Source of the DNA: a virus
Taxonomy: Duplodnaviria > Caudoviricetes
Strand: one strand, 5' to 3'
Virus record (IMG/VR): IMGVR_UViG_3300044213_000090
Span: 519 to 64,518 of that record
DNA: 64,000 nucleotides
The notes beneath the pieces are model-generated. The model worked only from the letters and a program-made list of their open reading frames with translations. It made no database searches and was not told where the DNA came from. The number at the start of each line of letters is the position of its first letter. The first letter of the stretch is position 1. Shown here in pieces: positions 45,263-55,178 of this stretch. The position numbers were made by a program, and so were the translations under genes.

Positions 45263-47770
45263 ATGTCAGTAGATAAGGGTTTATACCAAGCACCTAAAGG
45301 TTTAGAAGAATTGACGCAGAATCAAGCGCCAGATATTGAGATTGAGATTGAAGACCCAGAAGCAATGCACATTAGTGCTGATGGTTTTGAACTTGATATT
45401 GAAAAGATGGACGAAGTCGACGGCAGTGAAGAGTTTAATGAAAACCTAGTCGAGCACATGGACGATGGCGACATTGAGTCTTTAGCTTCTGAATTAGCAG
45501 GCGATATTGATAACGACATTGCAGCCCGTAAAGACTGGGAGCAAATGTATAAAGATGGTATTACTCTGCTCGGCTTAAAATTTGAAGAGCGCGTTGAACC
45601 ATGGGACGGCGCTTGCGGTGTATTCCACCCGATGATTACTGAGGCGGTTGTACGTTTTCAAGCTGAAGCAATTATGGAGACTTTCCCAGCAGCAGGTCCA
45701 GTACGCACCCAGATTATCGGTAAAGAAACCCGTGAGAAAGTAGAAGCAGCGCAACGTGTTGAGCAAGATATGAACTATCAGCTCACAGAGAAAATGCCTG
45801 AGTTTAGAAACGAGCATGAAAGAATGCTTTGGAATTTGCCATCTGCGGGTTCTGCGTTTAAGAAAGTCTACTACGACCCAAGTATCGGACGTCAAATCTC
45901 AATCTTTATTCCTGCTGAAGACATCATTATTCCTTACGGCGCTAGCGAGATCGCATCATGCCATCGTGTTACACACCGCATGCGCAAGACAAAACAAGAA
46001 CTGATCAAGCTACAAAAAGCTGGGTTCTATAGAGACTTTGATCTTGGTGAACCACAAAAATTCCGTACAGAAATTCAAGAAAAGAAAGATAAAGAAACCG
46101 GCTTTAGCGCATCATACGATGATCGCTTTGAGCTGTATGAGGCTCACGTAGATTTAGATTTACCGGGCTTTGAAGATAAAGACGACAGCGGCGAGATGAC
46201 TGGTATTGCTTTGCCATACGTCGTAACTATGGTTAGGGGCACAAATGAGATTCTTGCAATTCGTAGAAACTGGAAAGAGGAAGATCCGCTTCGCCTTAAA
46301 CGCCAGCACTTCGTACATTATCAATATATCCCCGGATATGGTGCTTATGGCTTTGGTTTGTTTCACCTTATTGGAGGATTTGCTAAGTCCGCTACTTCCA
46401 TATTGCGTCAATTGGTTGATGCCGGTACTCTTTCCAATTTACCGGGTGGATTAAAGTCTAGAGGGTTGCGCATTAAAGGTGACGATACTCCAATCGCACC
46501 GGGTGAATTCCGTGACGTTGATGTTGGTAGCGGCACAATTCGTGATAACATTCTTCCATTACCATACAAAGAGCCATCTGCAGTTTTAGCCGGCTTAATG
46601 GATAAGATCATTGAAGAAGGACGTCGCTTTGCGGCTACTTCGGATATGCAGGTCTCTGATATGAGCGCTAATGCGCCTGTTGGAACAACGCTTGCAATTT
46701 TGGAAAGAACCTTGAAGGTGATGTCTGCCGTTCAAGCTCGAGTACATTACGCCTTAAGACAAGAACTCAAGCTGCTTGCTGGCATTATTAGAGACTACAC
46801 TGATGATGACTACAACTACGAACCAGAAAGCGGAGACTTCCAAGTCAAAAAATCTGACTACAGTCACGTGGATGTGTTGCCTGTATCCGATCCTAATGCG
46901 GCAACCCTATCGCAACGAGTGGTCCAGTACCAAGCTGTTATCCAGTTGGCGCAAAGTGCCCCCCAGATTTATAACCTACCCGAGCTCCACAGGCAGATGC
47001 TTGACGTTCTTGGAATTAAAAACGCCGACAAACTGGTGCCTTTGGAGGATGACCAAAAACCACGCGACCCTGTAAGCGAGAACATGAATGCGCTAAAGGG
47101 CAAACCGCTCAAGGCGTTTATCTACCAAGACCACGAAGCACACATCAAAGTGCATCAGATGGCGATGCAGGATCCACTAGTCCAGCAGATGATTGGCCAG
47201 AATCCACAAGCTCAAGCCATTCAGGGAGCGATGATGGCGCATATTGCCGAGCATTTAGGGTTTGCATACCGTCAAAAGATCGAGCAGGCTATGGGCGCAG
47301 CATTACCAGCCCCAGACGCAGAAATGCCAGAAGACATGGAGATTCAGATTTCTCAGCTTGTCGCACAAGCTGCTCCACAAGTATTGGCCCAGTCCCAAGC
47401 AGTCGTTGCGCAGCAACAAGCACAACAAAACGCACAAGACCCAGTCATGCAAGCGCAGCTTATTGACCAGCAAGTCAAGCAAGGCGAACTCGAGCGTAAG
47501 AAACAGAAAGACGCCCAAGACGCCATCTTCAAACAAAGAGAGCTCATGCTCGAGGAACAGAAGATTAAGCAAGACGCCCTTGGCAAGACAGCAAACATCA
47601 TGCTCCAAGCTGAAGATAAACGTGTTGGCAGACATAAAGCCACAGCCGATGTTGCGATGCAAGCCGCACAATTGCAGCAAAACGATAAGCAACATAAGGC
47701 CGATACAGCCAGCGACTTATTTAAGCATCAATCAACCCTACTTAACCAACAAGGAGGCACTGAAGAGTGA
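45263..47770 (+). CDS. portal protein
   Basis: 835 aa after terminase; FKKVYYD, LRQLVDAGTLSNLPGG; Gln-rich C-terminal barrel as in P22-like portals. Confidence 0.85.
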   Translation: MSVDKGLYQAPKGLEELTQNQAPDIEIEIEDPEAMHISADGFELDIEKMDEVDGSEEFNENLVEHMDDGDIESLASELAGDIDNDIAARKDWEQMYKDGITLLGLKFEERVEPWDGACGVFHPMITEAVVRFQAEAIMETFPAAGPVRTQIIGKETREKVEAAQRVEQDMNYQLTEKMPEFRNEHERMLWNLPSAGSAFKKVYYDPSIGRQISIFIPAEDIIIPYGASEIASCHRVTHRMRKTKQELIKLQKAGFYRDFDLGEPQKFRTEIQEKKDKETGFSASYDDRFELYEAHVDLDLPGFEDKDDSGEMTGIALPYVVTMVRGTNEILAIRRNWKEEDPLRLKRQHFVHYQYIPGYGAYGFGLFHLIGGFAKSATSILRQLVDAGTLSNLPGGLKSRGLRIKGDDTPIAPGEFRDVDVGSGTIRDNILPLPYKEPSAVLAGLMDKIIEEGRRFAATSDMQVSDMSANAPVGTTLAILERTLKVMSAVQARVHYALRQELKLLAGIIRDYTDDDYNYEPESGDFQVKKSDYSHVDVLPVSDPNAATLSQRVVQYQAVIQLAQSAPQIYNLPELHRQMLDVLGIKNADKLVPLEDDQKPRDPVSENMNALKGKPLKAFIYQDHEAHIKVHQMAMQDPLVQQMIGQNPQAQAIQGAMMAHIAEHLGFAYRQKIEQAMGAALPAPDAEMPEDMEIQISQLVAQAAPQVLAQSQAVVAQQQAQQNAQDPVMQAQLIDQQVKQGELERKKQKDAQDAIFKQRELMLEEQKIKQDALGKTANIMLQAEDKRVGRHKATADVAMQAAQLQQNDKQHKADTASDLFKHQSTLLNQQGGTEE

Positions 47771-47979
47771 TCGACCTACTAACGGCTGATTTCATAGCCG
47801 CACTGCGTGACAAGTTGCGCACAGATATGAATAACTACACTGATGATTTGGCAAATGGTCAGTGCACCACTTTTGAGCAGTACAAAGAGCTCTGCGGCGT
47901 GATTCGAGGCCTAGCGTTTGCAGAGCGCCATTTACTTGACCTCGCTGAGTATTTACAGAAAGAAGACGACGATGAGTGA
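47767..47979 (+). CDS. hypothetical head-module protein
   Basis: Y..LCG.IRGL motif commonly found after such portals. Confidence 0.6.
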   Translation: MIDLLTADFIAALRDKLRTDMNNYTDDLANGQCTTFEQYKELCGVIRGLAFAERHLLDLAEYLQKEDDDE

Positions 47980-48421
47980 TACCATCGCATTACCACCGGA
48001 AGGATTGATACTCCCACCGGGCGTAGTACCAACGAAAGCCAATGCACCAACTGAAGAAGAGTTGGCAACCATGGATGCTATCGAAAAAGCAACGCAAGTA
48101 CCCACCCCATCAGGGCATAAGATTCTGTGCGCCTTAGTTGACGCTACGGATAAATATGACAGCGGTATTGTAAAAGCCGAAGAAACAAAGATGGTCGAGG
48201 AATTAACTTCTCCGGTCTTGTTTGTTATCAAGCTAGGTGAATCAGCGTATAAAGACAAAGACCGTTTTCCAGACGGACCTTGGTGTAAAGAAGGTGACTT
48301 TGTGCTTACTCGCCCGTACACCGGCACTCGGATCAAGATTCACGGTAAGGAGTTTCGCATTATCAACGACGACCAAGTTGACGGTACTGTGATGGACCCC
48401 CGTGGTATTTCACGCGTTTAA
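47972..48421 (+). CDS. GroES-like co-chaperonin
   Basis: P.GHKILC..SGIV..V.KLG..AY..PWCKEGDFV..Y.G..I.G..FRIINDD. Confidence 0.85.
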   Translation: MSDTIALPPEGLILPPGVVPTKANAPTEEELATMDAIEKATQVPTPSGHKILCALVDATDKYDSGIVKAEETKMVEELTSPVLFVIKLGESAYKDKDRFPDGPWCKEGDFVLTRPYTGTRIKIHGKEFRIINDDQVDGTVMDPRGISRV

Positions 48422-48433
48422 TAAGGAGCTACC

Positions 48434-49411
48434 ATGGCTGATAATTTTAAATTTCCGGACGAAGATCCTAACTTCGATGCTGCACCGGAAGACAAAGTAG
48501 ATTTACAAGTAGCAGCAGAAGGCGATAATGAGCCAGAACTTATCATTGAAGACGACACACCGGAGCGTGACCGTAAGGCACAACCTCTAAATCGTGAAGT
48601 CGAAGACCCTTCTGAAGAAGAAATTGATGGCTACACTAAAGGTGTACAGGCTCGTATCAAAGAGCTAACCCATGCCCGTCATGACGAGCGCCGTGCTAAA
48701 GAAGCTGCATTGCGTGAGCGCGAGGAGGCTTTGCGTTTGGCGCAAACAGCGATTGAAGAAAACAAAAAACTGAAGCAGTATGTTCAGACTGGCGAAACTT
48801 CATACCAAGAGATGTTGCAGAAATCCGCTGAAGGCGAGCTAGAAATGGCACGCCGTAAGTTGAAAGAAGCACAAGAATCTTTTGATGCTGACGCTATTAT
48901 TGAGGCACAAGAAGCTTTGACTTCTGCAATGTTTAAGAGAGAGGCTGCGAAAAATTTTAAGCCAACCCCTTTACAAACAGAAGAAAAGAATGTAACAATA
49001 CAACCATCGGTACAAGAAGTCCCACGGCCCGACGAAAAAACCTTGCGCTGGCAAGCCAAAAACCAGTGGTTCGGTAGCCCGGGATATGAAGAGATGACAG
49101 CCTTCGCACTTGGACTGCACCAAAAACTTGTCGCCACGGGTGTTGACCCGCGTAGTGAAGAATATTTCGAGCGCATTGATGCTCGCTTAAAGACGGTGTT
49201 TCCTGATGTATTTGAGGATTCGACACCTAGCCGTAAACAAACGGAACCTGCTAAAAAGCCAGCAACAGTGGTAGCTTCAGCGTCCCGAACTACGGGTGCT
49301 AAGAAAACCGTCAAGTTAACAACAACGCAGGCAGCGTTGGCTGACAAACTTGGAATCCCCCGTGAATTGTATGCTCAGGAATTTTTAAAACAGGAGGCCC
49401 GAAATGGCTAA
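48434..49411 (+). CDS. capsid scaffolding protein (putative)
   Basis: Acidic N-terminus, coiled coil, W..KN.WFG; upstream of capsid. Confidence 0.65.
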   Translation: MADNFKFPDEDPNFDAAPEDKVDLQVAAEGDNEPELIIEDDTPERDRKAQPLNREVEDPSEEEIDGYTKGVQARIKELTHARHDERRAKEAALREREEALRLAQTAIEENKKLKQYVQTGETSYQEMLQKSAEGELEMARRKLKEAQESFDADAIIEAQEALTSAMFKREAAKNFKPTPLQTEEKNVTIQPSVQEVPRPDEKTLRWQAKNQWFGSPGYEEMTAFALGLHQKLVATGVDPRSEEYFERIDARLKTVFPDVFEDSTPSRKQTEPAKKPATVVASASRTTGAKKTVKLTTTQAALADKLGIPRELYAQEFLKQEARNG

Positions 49412-49856
49412 TAGTCGTACACCACGTGATCTTGAAACACGTGAAAAAAATCAAGCTCGTGCAGTTTATCAACCTGCAGCAACATTACCTACTCCAGCTC
49501 CTCAGGACGGATATACGTTCCATTGGGTAGCAACCCATGTGAACGGACAAGCTGTTCCTACGAACGTGTCACAAAAGTTCCGTGACGGTTACGAGCCTTG
49601 CAAGGCGGAAGACCACCCAGAACTGATGCTCCCGGGGAATGCAGACGGTAATATTGAGGTCGGCGGATTAATGTTATGTAAGATTCTTGAAGAAAGATAT
49701 TACGCACGAAAAGAGTATTACGAAAAGCAAGCTATGGACCAAATGAACTCGGTAGATAACCATTTCATGCGGAACAATGATGCTCGTATGCCTTTATTCT
49801 CTGAGCGTAAAAGTTCAGTTAGCAAGGGCGGCGGGTTCGGTAGTGGTACAAAATAA
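49404..49856 (+). CDS. head-module hypothetical protein
   Basis: IEVGGLMLCK motif. Confidence 0.65.
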   Translation: MANSRTPRDLETREKNQARAVYQPAATLPTPAPQDGYTFHWVATHVNGQAVPTNVSQKFRDGYEPCKAEDHPELMLPGNADGNIEVGGLMLCKILEERYYARKEYYEKQAMDQMNSVDNHFMRNNDARMPLFSERKSSVSKGGGFGSGTK

Positions 49857-49873
49857 TTTTTTAGGAGGCTTTT

Positions 49874-50530
49874 ATGAGCACAGTGTCAGCCCCGTACGGG
49901 CTAAAGCCGATTAGTTTAATCGGCGGTCAATCATTTACTGGCGGTACAATCCGTGAGTATCTGCTGACCACAAACAACACAGCACCTATTTACACCGGCG
50001 ACTTAGTTCAGCTCGGTGCATCTGTTGCTGGTCAACCAACCGTTGTATCTTCAACCCCAACTACTAGCACTGCTGGTATTGCGGGTGTTTGCGTAGGCGT
50101 TCGCTACCAGTTATCTGGTCAGCAACTAGGTTATCCTTTGTATGCAGAATATTTGCCTGCAAATGCTGTAACCTCTGGCTACACAAACATTTTCATTCGC
50201 GTAGTAGAAGATCCAGATCAACTGTATCAAGTACAGTCTTTGGGTTCTGTAGGCTATGGTTCTATTGGTAAAACAGTTGCTTTGGCAAACTTTACTGCTG
50301 GTACAGGCTCTACAACTGGTAATAGCACTTCTGGTAACTCAGTTGTTGCATTGTCGGCTACCATCGCTAACACAAACGCGCTTGCAGTTAAGATTGTTGA
50401 TTTGGTTAACTCCAGCTCCACTTTTGGCGGCAACTTCCCATCTAACCCCGGTGACGCATATACCGATTGCATCGTTAAATTAAACTTTGGCGTGCATCAG
50501 TACTATCAGTCTGCTGGTACAGCTAACTAA
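49874..50530 (+). CDS. capsid decoration / minor head protein (putative)
   Basis: APYGLKP start; beta-rich; directly before capsid. Confidence 0.6.
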   Translation: MSTVSAPYGLKPISLIGGQSFTGGTIREYLLTTNNTAPIYTGDLVQLGASVAGQPTVVSSTPTTSTAGIAGVCVGVRYQLSGQQLGYPLYAEYLPANAVTSGYTNIFIRVVEDPDQLYQVQSLGSVGYGSIGKTVALANFTAGTGSTTGNSTSGNSVVALSATIANTNALAVKIVDLVNSSSTFGGNFPSNPGDAYTDCIVKLNFGVHQYYQSAGTAN

Positions 50531-50545
50531 TAAAGGAGCTTAATA

Positions 50546-51457
50546 ATGGCTATTTCACGTTCACAACTCCTTAAAGAGTTACTACCGGGTCTAAACGCTT
50601 TGTTCGGATTAGAATATAAGCGCTATGGCGAAGAGCACAAAGAGCTCTACGAAACAGAAACTTCTGAGCGTTCATTCGAAGAAGAAACAAAACTGTCTGG
50701 TTTCTCGGCTGCTCCAGTCAAGAACGAAGGCGGTGCAATTTCTTACGATAATGCGCAAGAAGCTTTCACAGCTCGCTACTCACACGAAACCATCGCTTTG
50801 GGCTTCTCTATCACTGAAGAAGCAATTGAAGATAACTTGTATGACTCTTTGTCTGCTCGTTACACCAAAGCATTGGCTCGTGCAATGGCTTACACCAAAC
50901 AGGTTAAAGCTGCATCTGTATTGAACAACGGTTTTAACTCTAGCTACGTAGGTGGCGATGGTCAACCATTGTTTAGCAATGCACACCCATTGGTATCTGG
51001 CGGCACAAACAGCAACGTTCCTCCTACATCAGTTGACTTGAATGAGACTTCTTTGGAAGCAGCTACAATTCAAATCGCTGCTTGGACAGATGAGCGCGGT
51101 CTCTTGATCGCTGCTAAGCCACGTAAGTTGGTAATCCCTCCAGCTTTGATGTTCGTTGCAACTCGTTTGCTAGAAACTAACCTCCGTGTTGGTACTAACA
51201 ACAACGATATCAACGCCATCAAAAACAATGGTACCGTTCCAGAAGGTTACACAGTTAACCACTTCTTGACCGACGTTAACGCATGGTTCTTGTTAACCGA
51301 CGTTCCAAACGGCTTGAAGCACTTCGAGCGTACCCCATTGCAAAACAGCATGGACGGTGACTTCGACACAGGTAACGTACGTTACAAGTCACGTGAGCGT
51401 TATAGCTTCGGTTGGTCTGATCCACTCGGAGCATGGGGCTCAAGCGGTTCGTTCTAA
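50546..51457 (+). CDS. major capsid protein (Mu gpT-like)
   Basis: MAISRSQLLKELLPGLNALFG, KPRKLVIPP, DFDTGN.RYK.RERYSFG.SD. Confidence 0.9.
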   Translation: MAISRSQLLKELLPGLNALFGLEYKRYGEEHKELYETETSERSFEEETKLSGFSAAPVKNEGGAISYDNAQEAFTARYSHETIALGFSITEEAIEDNLYDSLSARYTKALARAMAYTKQVKAASVLNNGFNSSYVGGDGQPLFSNAHPLVSGGTNSNVPPTSVDLNETSLEAATIQIAAWTDERGLLIAAKPRKLVIPPALMFVATRLLETNLRVGTNNNDINAIKNNGTVPEGYTVNHFLTDVNAWFLLTDVPNGLKHFERTPLQNSMDGDFDTGNVRYKSRERYSFGWSDPLGAWGSSGSF

Positions 51458-51473
51458 TCGGAACAAACCCAAT

Positions 51474-51504
51474 AAAAACCCAGCTCAAAAGGCTGGGTTT
51501 TTTT
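51474..51504 (+). terminator. intrinsic terminator after capsid gene (possibly bidirectional)
   Basis: AAAAACCCAGC-loop-GCTGGGTTTTTTT. Confidence 0.8.
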
Positions 51505-51521
51505 AAATACAGGAGATAAAA

Positions 51522-51728
51522 ATGGAAGAAAACTTTCAAATTAAATCGAGCACCGTAGCTTTTGCTGATGAAGTTAAATCAAAAGTAGAAGCGGTTGTGC
51601 AAAAAGTCGAGGCCGCTGCAGCGCCCGTGGTTGAAAAAGTAGAAGCCGTAACTGAGTCTTTAGCAGATAAAGTAATGGATGCTGTTGAATCAGTATTCCA
51701 TATTGGTGATACGGAAGTTAAAGAGTAA
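51522..51728 (+). CDS. small acidic amphipathic protein
   Basis: SD AGGAG; repeated KVEA. Confidence 0.6.
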   Translation: MEENFQIKSSTVAFADEVKSKVEAVVQKVEAAAAPVVEKVEAVTESLADKVMDAVESVFHIGDTEVKE

Positions 51729-51735
51729 GCATTGG

Positions 51736-51757
51736 ACCCCACTTCGGTGGGGTTTTT
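51736..51757 (+). terminator. intrinsic terminator
   Basis: ACCCCAC-TTCG-GTGGGGT-TTTT. Confidence 0.8.
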
Positions 51758-51800
51758 CTTTCCCGTTCGGGAACTTTTTCCTACATTTGCTCACTTTTTC

Positions 51801-52160
51801 TTACATTCTTCCCGTTCGGGAAACTTTTTCTTCGTAGTGATGCACTCTGTGGCAGTTGGCGCATAGGACTATGCACTTTTTTACTTCTTCGTACGCCTTG
51901 GCAAAGCGTTTATTAGAGATTAGATTGCTGATGCTATCTTCTTTTTCATCTGGGTTTTCATGGTGAAAGTCTAGTGCTGCTGGATGCGAAAAGCTGCACT
52001 TCGTGCACTTTAAATCTTTCTTATACTCGTCCCATAGTTTTTTGCCAGACTTGCGTTGCTTTGCAGAGCGCTCTATTATTTCTTCTCTATTGTTTACATA
52101 ATGCTTACGGCTGTACTCCGCATGTTTGGCTTTTCTTACGTTCGCGTCTTTGTACGGCAT
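51801..52160 (-). CDS. HNH endonuclease
   Basis: CTKC..ALDFHH..K...EVKKCIVLCANCHRVHH; start MPYKD. Confidence 0.85.
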   Translation of the reverse strand: MPYKDANVRKAKHAEYSRKHYVNNREEIIERSAKQRKSGKKLWDEYKKDLKCTKCSFSHPAALDFHHENPDEKEDSISNLISNKRFAKAYEEVKKCIVLCANCHRVHHYEEKVSRTGRM

Positions 52161-52593
52161 CTGGCTGGACCTTATATTTCCAATAGATTGCGTTGCGAAA
52201 GCCCCAAGGCTGTCCGGGCTGATAGATTTTGAAACCCGCATTGATAAGCGAGTTTGATGATGCTGGATTTTTTGTTGTATCGGTGACTAGCCAATTCCAT
52301 CCCAACTTCCTAGCTTGTTTGATTCGCGCTAGTATAAGACGTTTTTGTAAACCGTGTCCAGTATACCCATCCATTACACCTGCTCTACATAAGTAACCTG
52401 TATCGCTCCAACGCATCGACCGAACTAAACCCGCAAATCCCACAGGCTTTCCATCTTCCGCATAAGCAATCCACCAATGGCCTCTGTCCGGTTGGTATGG
52501 AGAGTCCGCGGGCAATATCACTTTTTGTAAATGTATTAGCAGCGAGCGAATCGCTTGATTTCTTATGTCCACTTTTTTTACCGTAAAGTTCAT
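52105..52593 (-). CDS. GNAT acetyltransferase
   Basis: PVGFAG..YLCRAGV...GHGLQKRLI..N.AS.NSL..AGF. Confidence 0.85.
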   Translation of the reverse strand: MNFTVKKVDIRNQAIRSLLIHLQKVILPADSPYQPDRGHWWIAYAEDGKPVGFAGLVRSMRWSDTGYLCRAGVMDGYTGHGLQKRLILARIKQARKLGWNWLVTDTTKNPASSNSLINAGFKIYQPGQPWGFRNAIYWKYKVQPDAVQRRERKKSQTCGVQP

Positions 52594-52647
52594 GTCCCAT
52601 AACCCCCCAAAATTTTTGCCGTTTTAGATTATTTTACTGAAAAATCC

Positions 52648-52675
52648 TTGCACAAATATAAAAAAAGAGTAAACT
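52648..52675 (+). promoter_or_regulatory. sigma70-like promoter
   Basis: TTGCAC, 16 nt, TAAACT. Confidence 0.5.
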
Positions 52676-52681
52676 AGCACT

Positions 52682-52752
52682 AACTGGGTGATTAGCCATA
52701 CCACCACTGCCCCAGCAGACGATGCAACGATCGGTATGGTACTTTTGCATAA
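52682..52752 (+). ncRNA. pseudoknotted leader RNA, possibly the Mu-gpT-DE motif
   Basis: Three interleaved stems (CTGGG/CCCAG, GCCATACC/GGTATGGT, ATGCAA/TTGCAT) downstream of a gpT-like capsid gene. Confidence 0.5.
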
Positions 52753-52763
52753 GGAAACTTAAC

Positions 52764-53441
52764 ATGGCACGTAGTACTTTTGACGGTCCCATTCTATCTG
52801 GTGACCAGCGTTTCGGCGCACTTCGCAACGTAGGTTATGCTGCATTAGCACAATTTGCTTCTTTAAATTTTACAAACACCACTGCTAATTCTGCTGGCTA
52901 CGCCGGTACTTCTGGCCAGTTTGTTGATTCTAACGGTATTCCTAACGGAAACGGTGTGGTTTATAGCCCGTCTTCTTCTGTTTATCCCCCTGTAGTAGTA
53001 ACCCCAACAGCGGATTCTGCTACTGTTGTATATCGTGGTTTTGTGGCTTATTTGCCTATTAATGCCCGTATTGAAGACCTTATTGTTGACGTTGGCGTAG
53101 TACCAACAGAAACAGGCGCTACTAGCACTTCTTTGTATATTTCTAACGGTTTTAACACCGGTACTAGCCCACAATACGGTTCGATCTCTAGCTTGACTAC
53201 TGGCCGTAACGCTGTGACTGTAACCGCTACTCAATTAGCTGCATGGCAAGCTACTACTGCCGATATCACAAACAGCCCAGCACCAAGCGAATTTTCACAA
53301 GTTGTATTTACATTCGCAATCAACGGTACAGGCATGAGCGGCGGGCCTACAGCCGGCCAAGTTTATTTGACTATCCGCTATACACAAGCTGATAATCAGA
53401 TTGGTTCTACAACAGCTTACCCATACGGTAACTTTGATTAA
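52764..53441 (+). CDS. virion structural protein
   Basis: Start MARSTFDGP after SD AAGGA; beta-rich. Confidence 0.65.
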   Translation: MARSTFDGPILSGDQRFGALRNVGYAALAQFASLNFTNTTANSAGYAGTSGQFVDSNGIPNGNGVVYSPSSSVYPPVVVTPTADSATVVYRGFVAYLPINARIEDLIVDVGVVPTETGATSTSLYISNGFNTGTSPQYGSISSLTTGRNAVTVTATQLAAWQATTADITNSPAPSEFSQVVFTFAINGTGMSGGPTAGQVYLTIRYTQADNQIGSTTAYPYGNFD

Positions 53442-53451
53442 TTGATCCCCG

Positions 53452-53472
53452 GGGGTCTTCGGACCCCTTTTT
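53452..53472 (+). terminator. intrinsic terminator
   Basis: GGGGTC-TTCG-GACCCC-TTTTT. Confidence 0.8.
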
Positions 53473-53492
53473 AAAAATTTAGGAGATTAATT

Positions 53493-53777
53493 ATGACAAT
53501 GCAAACCGATGTATTAAATTCAAGCCTAACAGCTTCAGGGCAGTTGTTTACTGGGCGTCAGCGTATTCGTCAGATTACTTTTGTCGGTAATACAACTGCG
53601 GGTAGTATTGCTATATACGACAATACAGTGGGTTCTGGGCGTGTTGTATGGAGCATTAATTTTCATACCTCTAACGTACCATGTTCAATAGACATCCCGG
53701 GTGAAGGCATTTTGTGCTATAACGGCGCATACGCTACTTTGTCTAATGTTGTTGGTATTAGTATCTGCTATGGCTAA
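53493..53777 (+). CDS. small virion protein
   Basis: MQTDV..IPGEGI motif; SD AGGAG. Confidence 0.65.
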   Translation: MTMQTDVLNSSLTASGQLFTGRQRIRQITFVGNTTAGSIAIYDNTVGSGRVVWSINFHTSNVPCSIDIPGEGILCYNGAYATLSNVVGISICYG

Positions 53778-54033
53778 AAAAGGTGTTTCTCTTGCCGTTG
53801 GACGTGGCGAAAAGTTACCAGTATCTAAGGGTGCTGGGCTTACCGCTAAAGGACGTGCTAAGTACAATAAGGCTACTGGATCAAACTTAAAGGCTCCACA
53901 ACCTGAAGGTGGCCCACGCAAGAAATCATTTTGTGCTCGTATGTCTGGCATGCCCGGTCCAATGAAAGATGAGAAAGGCCGTCCTACTCGTAAAGCAGCT
54001 AGTCTTAAACGCTGGAATTGTGGATCAAAATGA
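53770..54033 (+). CDS. small basic protein
   Basis: GLTAKGRAKYN..GSNLKAP..RKKSFCARM..W.C. Confidence 0.7.
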   Translation: MAKKGVSLAVGRGEKLPVSKGAGLTAKGRAKYNKATGSNLKAPQPEGGPRKKSFCARMSGMPGPMKDEKGRPTRKAASLKRWNCGSK

Positions 54034-54278
54034 GTGATATTGACCCAATCCAAACTGCAAGAGAATTAGCAACACACGCTAATGACATTGAACATCTACA
54101 GGAAGATATGGATAAGATGGTAAAAGAAATGCAAGAAATTAAACTTGCCGTTCAAGCTATTCAAAAAACCCTATCAGAAGCGCATGGTGGTTGGAGAATG
54201 TTGTTGGGTGTAGGCGGCGCTGCTGCATTAGTTGGAGCTATTGTTGCTAATCTGTTTCAAGGATTTTGGAGTAAGTAA
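54030..54278 (+). CDS. coiled-coil protein with C-terminal TM segment (XhlA/holin-like)
   Basis: Coiled coil then GGW and a hydrophobic helix. Confidence 0.5.
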   Translation: MSDIDPIQTARELATHANDIEHLQEDMDKMVKEMQEIKLAVQAIQKTLSEAHGGWRMLLGVGGAAALVGAIVANLFQGFWSK

Positions 54279-54757
54279 TGCCTAGCAAGTCTAAAAAACA
54301 ACACAACTTAATGGCCATGGTTGCGCATAATCCTGAGAAGGCAAAACAGCTAGGGATTAAACAGTCAGTTGGCGAAGAGTTTTTGAAGGCTGATAAAGGG
54401 CGTAAGTTTGGTACTGGTGGTAGCCCCACTATTACTCGCGGCGGCAAAGGAATGATTAACCGTCAGGCTACAAGATATGGCAGCATACTAGGCGAAGAAA
54501 AGAACGTTCCTAACGTTAATTTGAACAAGTACATTGGCAAGAAAGAAGGCGGTATGGTTGAGTCAAAAGCTGAAGAACGTAAAGAAATGTCTGAAGATAA
54601 GAAGCAAGATGTTGCTTTGATTAAAAAGGCATTTAAACAACATGATAAGCAAGAGCACAAAGGCGGTAAAGGCACTACGCTCAAACTTAAAAAGGGCGGC
54701 TCTGTAAAGGGCTGTGGTATTGCATCTAAAGGTTTAACAAAAGGAAGAATGGTATGA
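54278..54757 (+). CDS. small basic protein
   Basis: MPSKSKKQHNLM; xGG motifs; G.A.KG.TKG. Confidence 0.65.
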   Translation: MPSKSKKQHNLMAMVAHNPEKAKQLGIKQSVGEEFLKADKGRKFGTGGSPTITRGGKGMINRQATRYGSILGEEKNVPNVNLNKYIGKKEGGMVESKAEERKEMSEDKKQDVALIKKAFKQHDKQEHKGGKGTTLKLKKGGSVKGCGIASKGLTKGRMV

Positions 54758-54948
54758 AAAACGATCACGCACCACTAGAAGCTGGCGTAGAGCCAATCAA
54801 ACACGAGACAATGGCTAAAGCGTTAACTATGCATGCATCTGGTCACAAGCCTCATGCAGAAGTTTTTGGTGAGCACGCTGCTGGCCACGTACGTCATGAC
54901 GACCACGTAGAAAAACTATGCGGCGGTGGAATGGCTAAAGGCAAATAA
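54754..54948 (+). CDS. His-rich small protein
   Basis: Coupled ORF; ends LCGGGMAKGK. Confidence 0.55.
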   Translation: MKNDHAPLEAGVEPIKHETMAKALTMHASGHKPHAEVFGEHAAGHVRHDDHVEKLCGGGMAKGK

Positions 54949-55178
54949 TGAAAGCCAGTCGCGGAATGGGCGCTGTACGTCCTTCCAAAAGACCTCAGTC
55001 GGGTAAGTCCGCTGTGCTGTTAAAAAAAGGTGGGGAAGTTTGGGATAAACCCAACCCCGTCAAGAAGCACACAAAACTTACACCCGCTAAAAAGTCCGCA
55101 GCAAAAGCGATGGCTAAAGCTGCCGGCAGGCCTTATCCTAATATGGTAGATAACATTAGAGCTGCGAGGAAAAAATAA
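54948..55178 (+). CDS. small basic protein
   Basis: M.ASRGMG; AAGRPYPNMVDN. Confidence 0.6.
   Translation: MKASRGMGAVRPSKRPQSGKSAVLLKKGGEVWDKPNPVKKHTKLTPAKKSAAKAMAKAAGRPYPNMVDNIRAARKK

Noticed and set aside
47262-47789. 175-aa alternative-frame ORF in the portal 3' end
   Set aside because: Explained by Gln/Ala codon bias of the portal C-terminus.
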